Position numbers and translations under genes: made by a program. A stretch of 62,988 bases of DNA, filler included, from Octopus bimaculoides (Eukaryota), in the NCBI RefSeq assembly GCF_001194135.2. It is 8 parts of 8 records of this genome, joined end to end, with 100 filler letters (N's around TTAATTAATTAA, not from the genome) between each part and the next. Parts side by side here need not be neighbours in the genome. Positions count along the whole stretch, not along the records: positions 1 to 13,600 come from NC_068985.1; positions 13,701 to 23,638 come from NC_068991.1; positions 23,739 to 35,860 come from NC_068981.1; 5 more parts are not named here. One strand, 5' to 3'. Under the pieces are notes generated by a model, which did no database searches, was not told the DNA's origin, and saw only the letters and a list, made by a program, of their open reading frames with translations. Below are positions 12,301 through 24,136 of the stretch, one piece after another. Position 1 is the stretch's first letter. Each line of letters opens with the position of its first letter.

Positions 12301-12540
12301 TGTGTAAGATTGCAAGCAAGCAAGCAAGATTGAAGTTCATTTTTAATATAATATAGATAGGTAAGTCACAACTCAAAAGTAGCCTGGTTCTGCTACAGAA
12401 AACTACGTTACTTGCAACAGCAAAGATCTTAAGAAGAGTTCATGACACATAGGGCTGTCGGATGTAGTTTTCTCCCAAGAAGGAATTATTCAGGTTCAAT
12501 TCTCTCCGACCGAGATAATTCAGTAATAATAACAGCAACT

Positions 12541-12723
12541 TATTTACATTATTTACATTTGACGGATATTTGTCCTCATCTTGTTTGTTGTTAACACAAC
12601 TTTTCGGCTGATAAACCCTCCAGCCTTCATCAGGTGTCTTGGGGAAATTTCGAAGATGAGGACACATATACATCAAATGTAAATAATGTACATAATTCCT
12701 CATCTCTTAAATATAGAACTGTA
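12541..12723. mobile_element. Penelope-like terminal repeat with inverted tail duplication
   Basis: Minus-strand copy (12652 to 12541) joined to a plus-strand copy of the same tail (12655-12723); same family as 18960-19126. Confidence 0.75.
12593..12638 (-). ncRNA. Minimal type-I hammerhead ribozyme motif, stem III mutated
   Basis: gacac CTGATGA a GGCTG gagggtttat CAGCC GAAA A GTT gtgtt; the C15.2 to A change breaks the AACGTT palindrome seen at 18982-19027. Confidence 0.7.
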
Positions 12724-12967
12724 TTGAATAACAGCAGCTGTTTCAAATTTTGACACAAGTCCAGTGGTTTTGAGGAGAGGGAATTAGTCGATACTCTCGA
12801 ACTCACTACTTGTCTGGTACTTTATTTTATCGACCTCTGAAGGATGAAAGATAAAGTTGTTTTAGGCGTAACTTGGACTCATAACGTAAAGAATCGATCA
12901 AAACGATAAGTATTTTGGCCGACAAAACAACGACTCTGACACTCCAACGCTATTAACAACAATAATA

Positions 12968-13350
12968 ATAATGGACGAGATAGGAAAGTTATGGGGCATG
13001 AGGAAATTAATGGTGATACCGGTGGTAATTGGAGCATTAAGAGCAGTTTCAAAGGGCTTTAAAAAACATATTAAGAATATTGGAGCTGCTGTCAGGCTCG
13101 AAGTGATCCAGAAGACAGCACTATTGGGTACAGCTCGCATTCTAAGGAGAGTCTTGTCTTTTTGAGACACAGGAGAAGGCACGACTTGAGACCATTGGTG
13201 ATTTGCTGTTGCCTGCTTTCGAGTAAAGAACAACCGGTAATTAAGAATTAACCATAAGAGCATCACAGCAAACCACAGCACATACCCAAGGCACACAGAG
13301 CTGCGCTCGGTAGTGAAGTGAAAGCACGTTATGAAAATAAAACTACTGAA
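12968..13350 (+). mobile_element. R4/Dong-like LINE 3' ends (two families joined) inside (AAT)n
   Basis: MDEIGKLWGMRKLMVIPVVIGALRAVSK...IQKTALLGTARILRRVLSF*, then a 3'UTR matching the reverse complement of ~45160-45255; AAT repeats on both sides. Confidence 0.85.
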
Positions 13351-13600
13351 TAATAATAATAATAATAATAATAACAATAATAATAATAATAATCCTTTCT
13401 ACTGAAATTTTGGTCGATTACATTGACCCCAGTGTTTCACTGGTACTTAATTTATCGACCCTGAAAGGATAAAAAATAAAAAAAAGTCGACCTCCGCGGA
13501 ATTTGAACTCAGAATGTAGCGATGGGCGAAATACCGCTAAACATTTCGTCCAGCGTGCTAATGATTCTGCCAGCTCACCGCCCTAATAACACTCTCTTTA

Positions 13601-13700
13601 NNNNNNNNNNNNNNNNNNNNNNNNNNNNNNNNNNNNNNNNNNNNTTAATTAATTAANNNNNNNNNNNNNNNNNNNNNNNNNNNNNNNNNNNNNNNNNNNN
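13601..13700. other. Artificial scaffold-joining spacer (44N-TTAATTAATTAA-44N)
   Basis: Identical 100-nt construct also with the 12-mer at 23683, 35905, 53869, 58025, 60435 and 61722. Confidence 0.97.
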
Positions 13701-13741
<41 letters not shown>

Positions 13742-13745
13742 CATA

Positions 13746-13776
<31 letters not shown>

Positions 13777-14103
13777 CACATAAGGCTAGAGATCTCAGGA
13801 GTCTAGTTAGATATATTTCAACGCTATCGACTGAAATGTCATCAATACTTGCAACTTGATGAAGCCGTCTCTGCGGCACCATAAAACGGTGTCACGTCTT
13901 TAACTTAATGCTAAAAAGGCAGGGATATAAATATCAGGAACTTTTACTTGTACAGGCAACGCAATAAAAGCTTCAAATTTTATGGCCGTTACTCCTTTAT
14001 ACAGCTTAGCAATAATTGGAGGGAAAACTTCGAAACAAAATGCCGGCTTTCCGAAGAGTTTTTTTTTTCAATTGTTTTTTATTCATATTTACCTTCATTT
14101 TGC

Positions 14104-14159
<56 letters not shown>

Positions 14160-14899
14160 TTTTACAACCGAGCTAGCATGTGTCATGCTGTTTGCAAGAA
14201 AGAGTAGCCAAACTTCCCTTCAATCAATTTTTATTGCTGATTTACAAATTGATGCTATTTCAGAAAAATTTCGATTTATTTAGAAAAAAAGCGACGAGAG
14301 GGTCATAGATGGAATGTCGGTGCAATTAAAGCCGATCTTGGGACAAACAGCAACAAAACTTATCTAACTATTAGAGGATTGGATTCCTCTGTTTTTATGC
14401 AGTTTGTTTGTTCATATATTTCTTACTTTGACATTTTTAGTGTGGCCAATATTCTTTTCTACTCTAAGCACAAGGCCCGAAATTTGGTGGGAGGGGGCCA
14501 GTCGATTAGATCGACCCCAGTGCGCAACGGAGGGAATTGAAACTTTATTTTGAATGCTTGCAATAAAGTTAACTTCACTGAAGGCATTCAAGGACCAAAT
14601 AATTTGTTGGTTAAGGTTGTCTATCAGGGTTAATCATTGTTTAAATGAGATCAGTATCTACGATTTCTGGAAAATTCTCTGAGTATTTTTTAAAAAAGTA
14701 AATTATTTTTTACTATTGGAACTACTCCAAGCAAGGCCTCAAATTAAGGGATAAATGAGATCAGGTCATTTATTGCTCTCCGCTTCCGTTCCAAGCCCAA
14801 ACTTTCCTGAGTCTTATGATATGATGATAACGTGTACGAATTCAAACTGAACGCTAACCATGTAAATTTACTTTATTTATTCCACTTTTCTTGGTCTAG

Positions 14900-14945
14900 C
14901 AGGACATAAAAAATGGGTTGTGGGAACAATTATGTTACCTACACG
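14900..14945 (+). other. Candidate small internal exon
   Basis: Pyrimidine tract ttccacttttcttggtctag|(cag) acceptor and CG|GTAAGC donor; all three frames open; product not recognised. Confidence 0.3.
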
Positions 14946-15070
14946 GTAAGCAACCAATGTTGACCAAAAAATAAAAACTCTACCACCATAACAACGATAA
15001 CAACAGCAACAACAAACGTGAGTAGTTATTAAGTATCTTTACACTATATTGAAAGGCAACGTGATACAAA

Positions 15071-15385
15071 CGCCATTTTTTTTTAAATGTCACTTCCGTT
15101 GAATTTTCCTTTTTATTTTTATTCGTGGTTTATCGCTGTATTTTGTGATTAATGTGTAATAAATATACAGGACCAAAAAGAAAAATAAATAAGTAGCGCA
15201 AGTAGATTTTTATCCAAACGTTCCTAGATATTGTACCCTTAATATACATGCAGAAACGTAGATTATTATCGATATAATGTATGATTTTCTTTCTTTCATT
15301 ATTTGGATCATTGGTTTATACTCTCTATTCGGCCATCTTGTTTATGATAGAGCTTCGAGCATCCGCTTTATAATGGACTTCCGGT
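15071..15385. promoter_or_regulatory. YY1-like and ETS-like motif cluster, possible Pol II promoter
   Basis: CGCCATTTT (15071), CACTTCCG (15091), GGCCATCTTG (15331), ACTTCCGGT (15377) in unique sequence. Confidence 0.3.
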
Positions 15386-15716
15386 ACAGTTGTTGCATCA
15401 GCAACCACGATGAAATTACTGCGCAAATAAATGTAAATCTAATTCTCTTCAAGTTGTTATTCATTTTTTTTTTTCCTATTGGTTTTGTATTATTATTTTT
15501 GTTCATTGTATATTTTGTTTTTGATATTTTTATTACAGTGTCTGTTTTTTTTTTTTTTTATTTTTATTTTCATGTGCCAGCCGGATCTACTGGAGTTATT
15601 GACAGAAACACGTGTAAATAACGTTTGCTATTTTTTTTTTTTTTTACTTATCGAAATGGAATTGGTATATTCGAATAATTGGATAGCAGGTATTACATAT
15701 GTACACACACTCACAT

Positions 15717-15756
<40 letters not shown>

Positions 15757-16564
15757 CGGCGGAACAAATCTTATCAGCAGGGGGCCGTGCCCTCAAACTT
15801 CTGAACCCTTCCCTCCCCATGCCGCATGAAGTAATATTTTAGCAATTTTATTAAGTGATCTTTAGGCGACACAGACCATTACTACTTTCCGCGATTTCTT
15901 TTGGTTTCTAATCTATTTATCTATTCATCTGTCTCTATAGCAATCTATCTATTTAAATGTTAATTTAAAGTTAACATTTTTAAAGCAAGGTTGTGGATAA
16001 CAACCAAACTGATGTGGAGACTCCGTATTTATAGTAATACACTAAAATGAAATGTCTTATAAAGTCTTAGTGAAACCAAATTTTATAACGAATTTGAATC
16101 TATTTGTTTGTTTGTCGGTCTGCGTGTATGTGTGTGCGTGTGTGTTTATAATAATCATTTCTATTATAAGCACAAGGCCTGAAATTTGGGAGAAGGGAAC
16201 CACTCGATTACATCAACCTCAATGCGTAACTGGTACTTGATTTATCCACCCCGAAAGGATGGAAGGCAAGATCGATCCCAGCGGCATTTGAACTCAGAAC
16301 ACGAAGATAGACGAAATACCGTTAAGCATTTCGCCCGGCGTGTTAACGATTCTGCCAGCTCGCCGCCTTTAAGTAAAGGTTAGTTTTTGTGGAATTTGAA
16401 CTCAAAACGTTAAACGTCGATAAAATATTGATAAGCGCTTTGTGCGGCGTGCTACCAATTATGTCAGCTCACCACCTTTCATTCTTTTGGGGGTCGATAA
16501 AATAAGTACCCGTCGTGTACTGGAGTCGATCTCTTTAACTGCCCACAAAATATTAGAAAAGATT

Positions 16565-16601
<37 letters not shown>

Positions 16602-16857
16602 TTGTTGTTAAGACGGCGAGCTGGCAGAACCGTTAGCACTCCGATGTGTTGGTGTCTCTGTGTATTTACTTACCCGTGAAATAGCAGTTCAGCAAAAGAG
16701 ACCGATACAATAAAGTACTAGGCTTTAAAAAAATAATAAATTTCGGGGATCGATTTTTGAGCAGGATGGGCTACTCGATCTGAAGAAACTTCTAATTGGG
16801 TCCCACTTGCATGCTAATGCGCTGTTTATCTTGATATGAGATCACCATGTCGTGCGC

Positions 16858-16918
<61 letters not shown>

Positions 16919-17462
16919 GTACCAGGCAGTGGCTCTCGTGGCTTTTGGTCTTAACTGATTGGAGGTGATATCATGTACATTGTTTTGTCTTAGTATAAAA
17001 GATAGGCTACAACAAATATTCTGCTTAATACCACAGATTTGCTTGTCAACTGTTTCAGCTTAACCAATTGAGCATGTCTCTTGGTGGCTGACGATATGTG
17101 CATCTCTGATCATGAGCAGAAGTAGTGGTGGAGCATCATAGCCATATGTTGAGAGGAATTCTTTGGGGTTTGAATAATTCATCTCTGGAAACATGGGTGT
17201 TTTTCTCAACATCCTTAAACAAACCTTATTCAGGGACCTTTTGAGCAGGATGGGCTACTCGACCTGAAGAAAATTTTAACCGGGCCCCACCTGCAAGGTC
17301 ATGTGCTGTTTATCTTTATATGAGATCAGGATGTCGCGCACATATGGTGGTGATGCATGTGCCTGGTGTACCCTTATCAGACAGGTAGTCATGATGGGAA
17401 TAATGGGCTTCGTATATTTTACTCCAGTGCCACTTTGATGGCATACACTGCTCTCTCACTCA
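16919..17462 (+). mobile_element. Unclassified ~540-bp non-coding interspersed repeat
   Basis: Fragments of the same family at 1300-1465(-), 16760-16858 (duplicating 17243-17343) and 45046-45125(-); abuts trinucleotide tracts. Confidence 0.65.
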
Positions 17463-17690
17463 AGAAGAAGAAGAAGAAGAAGAAGAAGAAGAAGAAGAAG
17501 AAGAAGAAGAAGATGATGATGATGACGACGACGACGATGATGATGGCGATGGTCATCGTGATGATGATGATGATGACGACGATGATGATGATGATGGCGA
17601 TGGTCATGATGATGATGATGATGATGATAAGAATGAGAAGTAGGAGGAGGGAGGTGGAAGTGGTGGTGGTGATGGCAGTGGTGGTGGCGG
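17461..17690 (+). repeat. Compound trinucleotide tract (AAG/ATG/GAC/GGT)
   Basis: Directly visible; source of the poly-K/M ORF 17357-17797. Confidence 0.9.
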
Positions 17691-18818
17691 CGACGGCGGA
17701 TGAGTTAGTTATAGATTATCTGTTCTCAATGACAAACCCCGAAATCTGTCGAGAACGTCTTCCCAAGATGCCAGTCGATGACACAACTATTGTGTAATCT
17801 AATTAACCACTCTTGTTTTGATTGTCAGTGACAAGTGTTTGCCCATTGTCTCTGAAAGTTAGCATAATTGCAAACGTGTTTATTTCATTTACTTGTTGTT
17901 GCTGCTGTTGTTTCTGTCGATGTTGTTGTTGCTGTTATTGTTAATGATGGTTTTGATGTTATAGAAGTGTGTGCGTGTGCATCTGTGTATATGATTGCGT
18001 GTAGGTTTTTCGCGGTGTTAATATTGGAAGTGTACTAACAGCTTTAAGATATTATAAAGTCTTTAGTGTTAAAACAGCGGCGAGAGGACTGGCGGATAAC
18101 ATGCAATGACAGCCAGTGTGCGTAAATTTTTTTGACATTTAGTTACGTCCCTCTCTTTGTTCCGAATTCAAATCGATCTGCTGATGTCAGCGTTATCTTA
18201 CACCTATCGAATGTGTTGAATCGTTCAAGCTTTAGATAAAAATGACTTGCGGCATCTTGTGATATTTCTTCCGGTTGCTTAGACTCTGAGTTCAAACCTA
18301 GCCGGGGTCAGCTTGGCTTTTCGTTGTTTCGAGGCTGGTAAAATAACTAAATTGTTCCGGGGTGGATGATAAGTGAAATTGTTAGACCTTGAACAAAATG
18401 TTTTTGCAGAACTTATGCCGAACCTTTAGGTTTTCGTTACCCATTTTGGTGCAACAACAAACTTGTCTGGATGTACGATTAAATAGTTTCCAACCACATA
18501 GATTCCGCTTCAGTTCCACTGCACGGTGTCTTGGGTAAGCGTTCTTCCACTGCAGTCTCGAGTCGACCGATTCCTTGTGAGTGAATTAGGCAGGTGGAAA
18601 CCCATTATGTATATATGTATTTGTATGAAGTAAAAAGAAGTAGTAAAGCTCCTTCCTGAATCATGTTGACTCAGAGAACCGGTTTACCAGTTTCCATGGC
18701 ATATATAGTCCCCACCTGAACGGGAAGGTTCCCTTCGAACTCCACTTTCTTCGGCCAGGCAAAATTTCAAAGAGAAGTCTGTAGGATAGAACGAACTAAA
18801 CCCGCCATATATGCCCAC

Positions 18819-18892
18819 GGGCATATGACGTAGTGGTTTTAGAGCGCGGGCTACTAACCCCAAGATTCCGAGTTCGATTTCAAGCAGTGACC
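18819..18892 (+). other. tRNA-like Pol III head (A and B boxes) of a composite repeat
   Basis: GGGCATATGACGTAGTGGTTTTAGAGCGCGGGCTACTAACCCCAAGATTCCGAGTTCGATTTCAAGCAGTGACC: A-box TGACGTAGTGG, B-box GAGTTCGATT; acceptor and T stems do not pair well, so not a functional tRNA. Confidence 0.7.
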
Positions 18893-18899
18893 TGAACAC

Positions 18900-18934
<35 letters not shown>

Positions 18935-18981
18935 TCAAAAAATACCTTAGGAATGAGAACCCAACTTCGAAATTTCCCCAA

Positions 18982-19027
18982 GACACCTGATGAAGGCTGG
19001 AGGGTATATCAGCCGAAACGTTGTGTT
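18982..19027 (+). ncRNA. Minimal type-I hammerhead ribozyme, intact core
   Basis: Stem I gacac/gtgtt; CTGATGA; extra A; stem II GGCTG/CAGCC; GAAA; palindromic stem III AACGTT; predicted cleavage after GUU (19022). Matches the minimal HHRs described in Penelope-like elements. Confidence 0.85.
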
Positions 19028-19214
19028 AACAACAAACAAGATGAGGACAAATATCCGTCGAATGTAAATAATGTAAATAATGTAAATAATGTACAGAATT
19101 CTTCATCTCTTAAATATAGAACTGTACTCCCATATATAGTTATGTCTACTCAATTTCCCGTTCACGTACTTAGTGATTATAATCTTTATATGTATATTTG
19201 TGCGTGTGTGTGTG

Positions 19215-19254
<40 letters not shown>

Positions 19255-19294
19255 TGTGTCTGTAGAGCATTTTCAACTACACACACGCACACAC

Positions 19295-19355
<61 letters not shown>

Positions 19356-19557
19356 TGAATACAGCTATAGGCAGTGCTAATGTGGTATAATCATTCGCAT
19401 TGAGAATGCGAAGGATTATTCCAACATGAGCACTGCCTATAGCTCTGTCAGCAGGAAACCATTGGTACCAGAGATTTGACAAAGAATTTTATTACAAAGA
19501 ATTCTTTACCCATTTCCCGATGTTCACTATTCAGTTCGCTATCAACGCGAAGATGTA

Positions 19558-19614
<57 letters not shown>

Positions 19615-21058
19615 NNNNNNNNNNNNNNNNNNNNNNNNNNNNNNNNNNNNNNNNNNNNNNNNNNNNNNNNNNNNNNNNNNNNNNNNNNNNNNNNNNNNNN
19701 NNNNNNNNNNNNNNNNNNNNNNNNNNNNNNNNNNNNNNNNNNNNNNNNNNNNNNNNNNNNNNNNNNNNNNNNNNNNNNNNNNNNNNNNNNNNNNNNNNNN
19801 NNNNNNNNNNNNNNNNNNNNNNNNNNNNNNNNNNNNNNNNNNNNNNNNNNNNNNNNNNNNNNNNNNNNNNNNNNNNNNNNNNNNNNNNNNNNNNNNNNNN
19901 NNNNNNNNNNNNNNNNNNNNNNNNNNNNNNNNNNNNNNNNNNNNNNNNNNNNNNNNNNNNNNNNNNNNNNNNNNNNNNNNNNNNNNNNNNNNNNNNNNNN
20001 NNNNNNNNNNNNNNNNNNNNNNNNNNNNNNNNNNNNNNNNNNNNNNNNNNNNNNNNNNNNNNNNNNNNNNNNNNNNNNNNNNNNNNNNNNNNNNNNNNNN
20101 NNNNNNNNNNNNNNNNNNNNNNNNNNNNNNNNNNNNNNNNNNNNNNNNNNNNNNNNNNNNNNNNNNNNNNNNNNNNNNNNNNNNNNNNNNNNNNNNNNNN
20201 NNNNNNNNNNNNNNNNNNNNNNNNNNNNNNNNNNNNNNNNNNNAATACAGATTCACATACGTCTAGACGTACATTCATGTACACAGACAGAAATAGTCAT
20301 ACACATACACACAAATAGTCATAAGCATACAGTCTCATACATACATACACACACATACGCAATTGCAAGCTCTCGCACAAAATTATACACATGCATACAT
20401 ACGCTAACACACCTACACACATCCGCACATACTACTAACGCATACGCACGCACACACAAATACACAAATACATTAACACATATACACATACATACATGTT
20501 GCTGTGTTTATGTACCCGTCACCTAGCGGTTCGGCAAAAAAGAGACCGTCAGAATAAGTACTAGGCTTACAAAGAATAAGTACCGGGGTCGGTCTGCTCG
20601 ACTAAAAAGGCGGTGCTCCAGCATGGCCGCAGTCAAATGACTGAAACAAGTAAAAGAATTTTAAAAAATGAATAAAAAAAAAGAATAAAAAAAAGAATCA
20701 AAGAGACCACGGATTTGTACGAACATTGACGAAGATAACGATAAGATAACTAACGAGATGGAGTTAATAGATAAATATTTTATCGTAATTAATGAAGAAA
20801 AATGAGATGAGGATGTGACGATGTGCGGGAGACGAAGGGAGAAGAGAAAAGGTAAATTAAAAATGAAGATGTCCTGTACTCCCACCTCACTCCACCTCTG
20901 TAGAACTCAAGGAAAATAACACATGAATACTCACTAGATTACGAAGCTTGGTTCTTAATCGCATATTTCAGAGATCGATCCCACCGTTTGTGGTATTTTG
21001 GCTAATCCATTTTCTCTCTCTTTCTCTTTCTCTCTCTCTCTCTCTCTCTCTGTATATA

Positions 21059-21112
<54 letters not shown>

Positions 21113-21230
21113 TGTGTCTCTGTGTGTCTGTGTCTCTGTGTGTCTGTGTCTGTGTGTGTCTGTGTGTTTCCGTGTGTCTGTGTGTGTCCGTGTGTCTGTG
21201 TGTACATATATATACATACATATATACATG

Positions 21231-21393
21231 TAATTGCCAACCAACTGTGGCGTCCTATACGGGACAGTGCTACTGGCGTTTATAGCCCCAAAGAAAAGGA
21301 AAAGGAAGGAAAGAGCTGAAAGAGATGTCTTCCTTGGGCTATAAATGCCAGTAGCAGTGTCCCGTATAGGACGCCACACTTGGTTGGCAATTA
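21231..21393. mobile_element. MITE-like element with ~60-bp terminal inverted repeats
   Basis: Arms 21231-21291 and 21334-21393 are reverse complements with about 4 differences around a 42-nt purine-rich spacer; TA at both ends, in TA-rich context. Confidence 0.8.
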
Positions 21394-21450
21394 TATATTA
21401 CGATTCCGTATTACTACTGTTTACATCTCGCTCAGAGATTTAATATAGCC

Positions 21451-21495
<45 letters not shown>

Positions 21496-22360
21496 GTATG
21501 TGTATTTTATCGGTCTACTTTGCCGAACCCCCATTTTGACGGGGACGTAAACACACCAACATCGATTGTCAAACGATGGTGGCGGAACAAACACAGACAC
21601 AAACAACCACATAGATACATACGCACACACATCTATGCAACGGGATCCTTTCGGTTTCCGTTTACCAAATCCACTCACAAGGCTTTGGTCGGCCCGTGGC
21701 TATAGTAGAAGACACTTTCCCAAGGTACCACGCAATGGGACTGTTTGTGTATATATACGTTTGTGTGTGTGTGTGCATGTGTGTGTGTGTGTGTGTGTAC
21801 ATATACATATTTACATACACAAACACACATGCATGCATAGGATTCCATATGTGGAAGTATCTTCATTTATTAAACTTTCTTCTCAATTTTTGATTTAGTT
21901 CTGGTTTATTCCTTTCTCATAATAACTTTAGAGGTGAGTTGCTTTGTTAAAGGGAAATAACTCATTTAAAATATCTAATGGATATGCACCGGATATTAAA
22001 ACAAACGACTTTCGTGCTTGTTTGTTTGATTGATAGATTGTTTGTTTGTTCGTTTGTTTGTTTTCAAAATATCTCTCTGGAAAAGTTGAGATGAATAACA
22101 GAGGTATTCAGAAGGTTTTTCTCTCCGCTCTCTGCTGTTAATTCAAATTTCATGGACGTTCGTTCAATGGGGCAGCCATATTGGTACATGGCTCATCATG
22201 GCTGTCTGATTGTTCCAACATTTATAAAACTTCAAGTAAGGACAGAAAGCAGAAAGGGAAATCGTCTGATCATTTTCTTCATTTGTCTCACACTCACGCT
22301 CACACCCAGACGTGAAAACACACAAGCACTCAGATAAGCATTATGGTAACATACGTTTGC

Positions 22361-22394
<34 letters not shown>

Positions 22395-22397
22395 ATG

Positions 22398-22428
<31 letters not shown>

Positions 22429-22445
22429 CTGTGTGTATAAATATG

Positions 22446-22490
<45 letters not shown>

Positions 22491-23157
22491 NNNNNNNNNN
22501 NNNNNNNNNNNNNNNNNNNNNNNNNNNNNNNNNNNNNNNNNNNNNNNNNNNNNNNNNNNNNNNNNNNNNNNNNNNNNNNNNNNNNNNNNNNNNNNNNNNN
22601 NNNNNNNNNNNNNNNNNNNNNNNNNNNNNNNNNNNNNNNNNNNNNNNNNNNNNNNNNNNNNNNNNNNNNNNNNNNNNNNNNNNNNNNNNNNNNNNNNNNN
22701 NNNNNNNNNNNNNNNNNNNNNNNNNNNNNNNNNNNNNNNNNNNNNNNNNNNNNNNNNNNNNNNNNNNNNNNNNNNNNNNNNNNNNNNNNNNNNNNNNNNN
22801 NNNNNNNNNNNNNNNNNNNNNNNNNNNNNNNNNNNNNNNNNNNNNNNNNNNNNNNNNNNNNNNNNNNNNNNNNNNNNNNNNNNNNNNNNNNNNNNNNNNN
22901 NNNNNNNNNNNNNNNNNNNNNNNNNNNNNNNNNNNNNNNNNNNNNNNNNNNNNNNNNNNNNNNNNNNNNNNNNNNNNNNNNNNNNNNNNNNNNNNNNNNN
23001 NNNNNNNNNNNNNNNNNNNNNNNNNNNNNNNNNNNNNNNNNNNNNNNNNNNNNNNNNNNNNNNNNNNNNNNNNNNNNNNNNNNNNNNNNNNNNNNNNNNN
23101 NNNNNNNNNNNNNNNNNNNNNNNNNNNNNNNNNNNNNNNNNNNNNNNNNNNNNNNNN

Positions 23158-23208
<51 letters not shown>

Positions 23209-23587
23209 TATACAGTAGTACGTATGTTTAAAATGTGTTTGAGAGTAACAGCTATATATACCTGTTGTGTTTTTGTACACATTCGAATTTGTACGCCCGC
23301 GTCAGTGCGTGTATCGGATTATGTATTCATACATGTATATATGTATGTGTGTTTGTCTGTATATGTATATGCATGTATGCATGTATGTATGTATGTATGT
23401 ATGTATGTATGTGTCTGCATGTGTTTATGCACTTGTACGCGTGTGTGTAGAACGTTAAGTAGTAACGTTAGTGAAGTGTAAATCCACCGCATATGTATCT
23501 TCGCCAGGTTGTTTTGCACATATATTTATATATATATATATTTGCGTATGTGCGTAAGCGAGTATGCGTGTAAGTATTTATGCGTGC

Positions 23588-23638
<51 letters not shown>

Positions 23639-23957
23639 NNNNNNNNNNNNNNNNNNNNNNNNNNNNNNNNNNNNNNNNNNNNTTAATTAATTAANNNNNN
23701 NNNNNNNNNNNNNNNNNNNNNNNNNNNNNNNNNNNNNNAACTTAGCGGTTCGGCAAAAGGGACCGATAGAATAAGTACTAGGCTTCCAAAGAATAAGACC
23801 TGAGGTCGATTTGTTCGACTAAAGGTGGTGATCCAGCATGGCCGCAGTCAAATGACTGAAACAGATAAAAGAGTAAAAGAGTAAAGGTCAGCACTTATGT
23901 TTCGCTTCCTAACCTATAGCCTAAAACAGATTTGGCCCAAAAATTGTATTACGATGT

Positions 23958-24043
<86 letters not shown>

Positions 24044-24105
24044 GCTTTAATAGTCGTTGGTTGTATCCAGGAAAAGAAATCTCAGTGTGCCTATATTTTG
24101 AGTAA

Positions 24106-24136
<31 letters not shown>

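Noticed and set aside
13645-13656. Recurring TTAATTAATTAA as a regulatory motif
   Set aside because: Always centred in exactly 44+44 Ns, so it is an artificial linker.
17357-17797. 146-aa ORF ending in a PDZ-ligand-like DDTTIV*
   Set aside because: Mostly trinucleotide repeat; the unique tail reads plausibly in several frames on both strands, so no frame is favoured.
18819-18892. Functional tRNA with ACT anticodon
   Set aside because: Acceptor and T stems do not pair; kept only as a Pol III head. The same applies to the other SINE heads.
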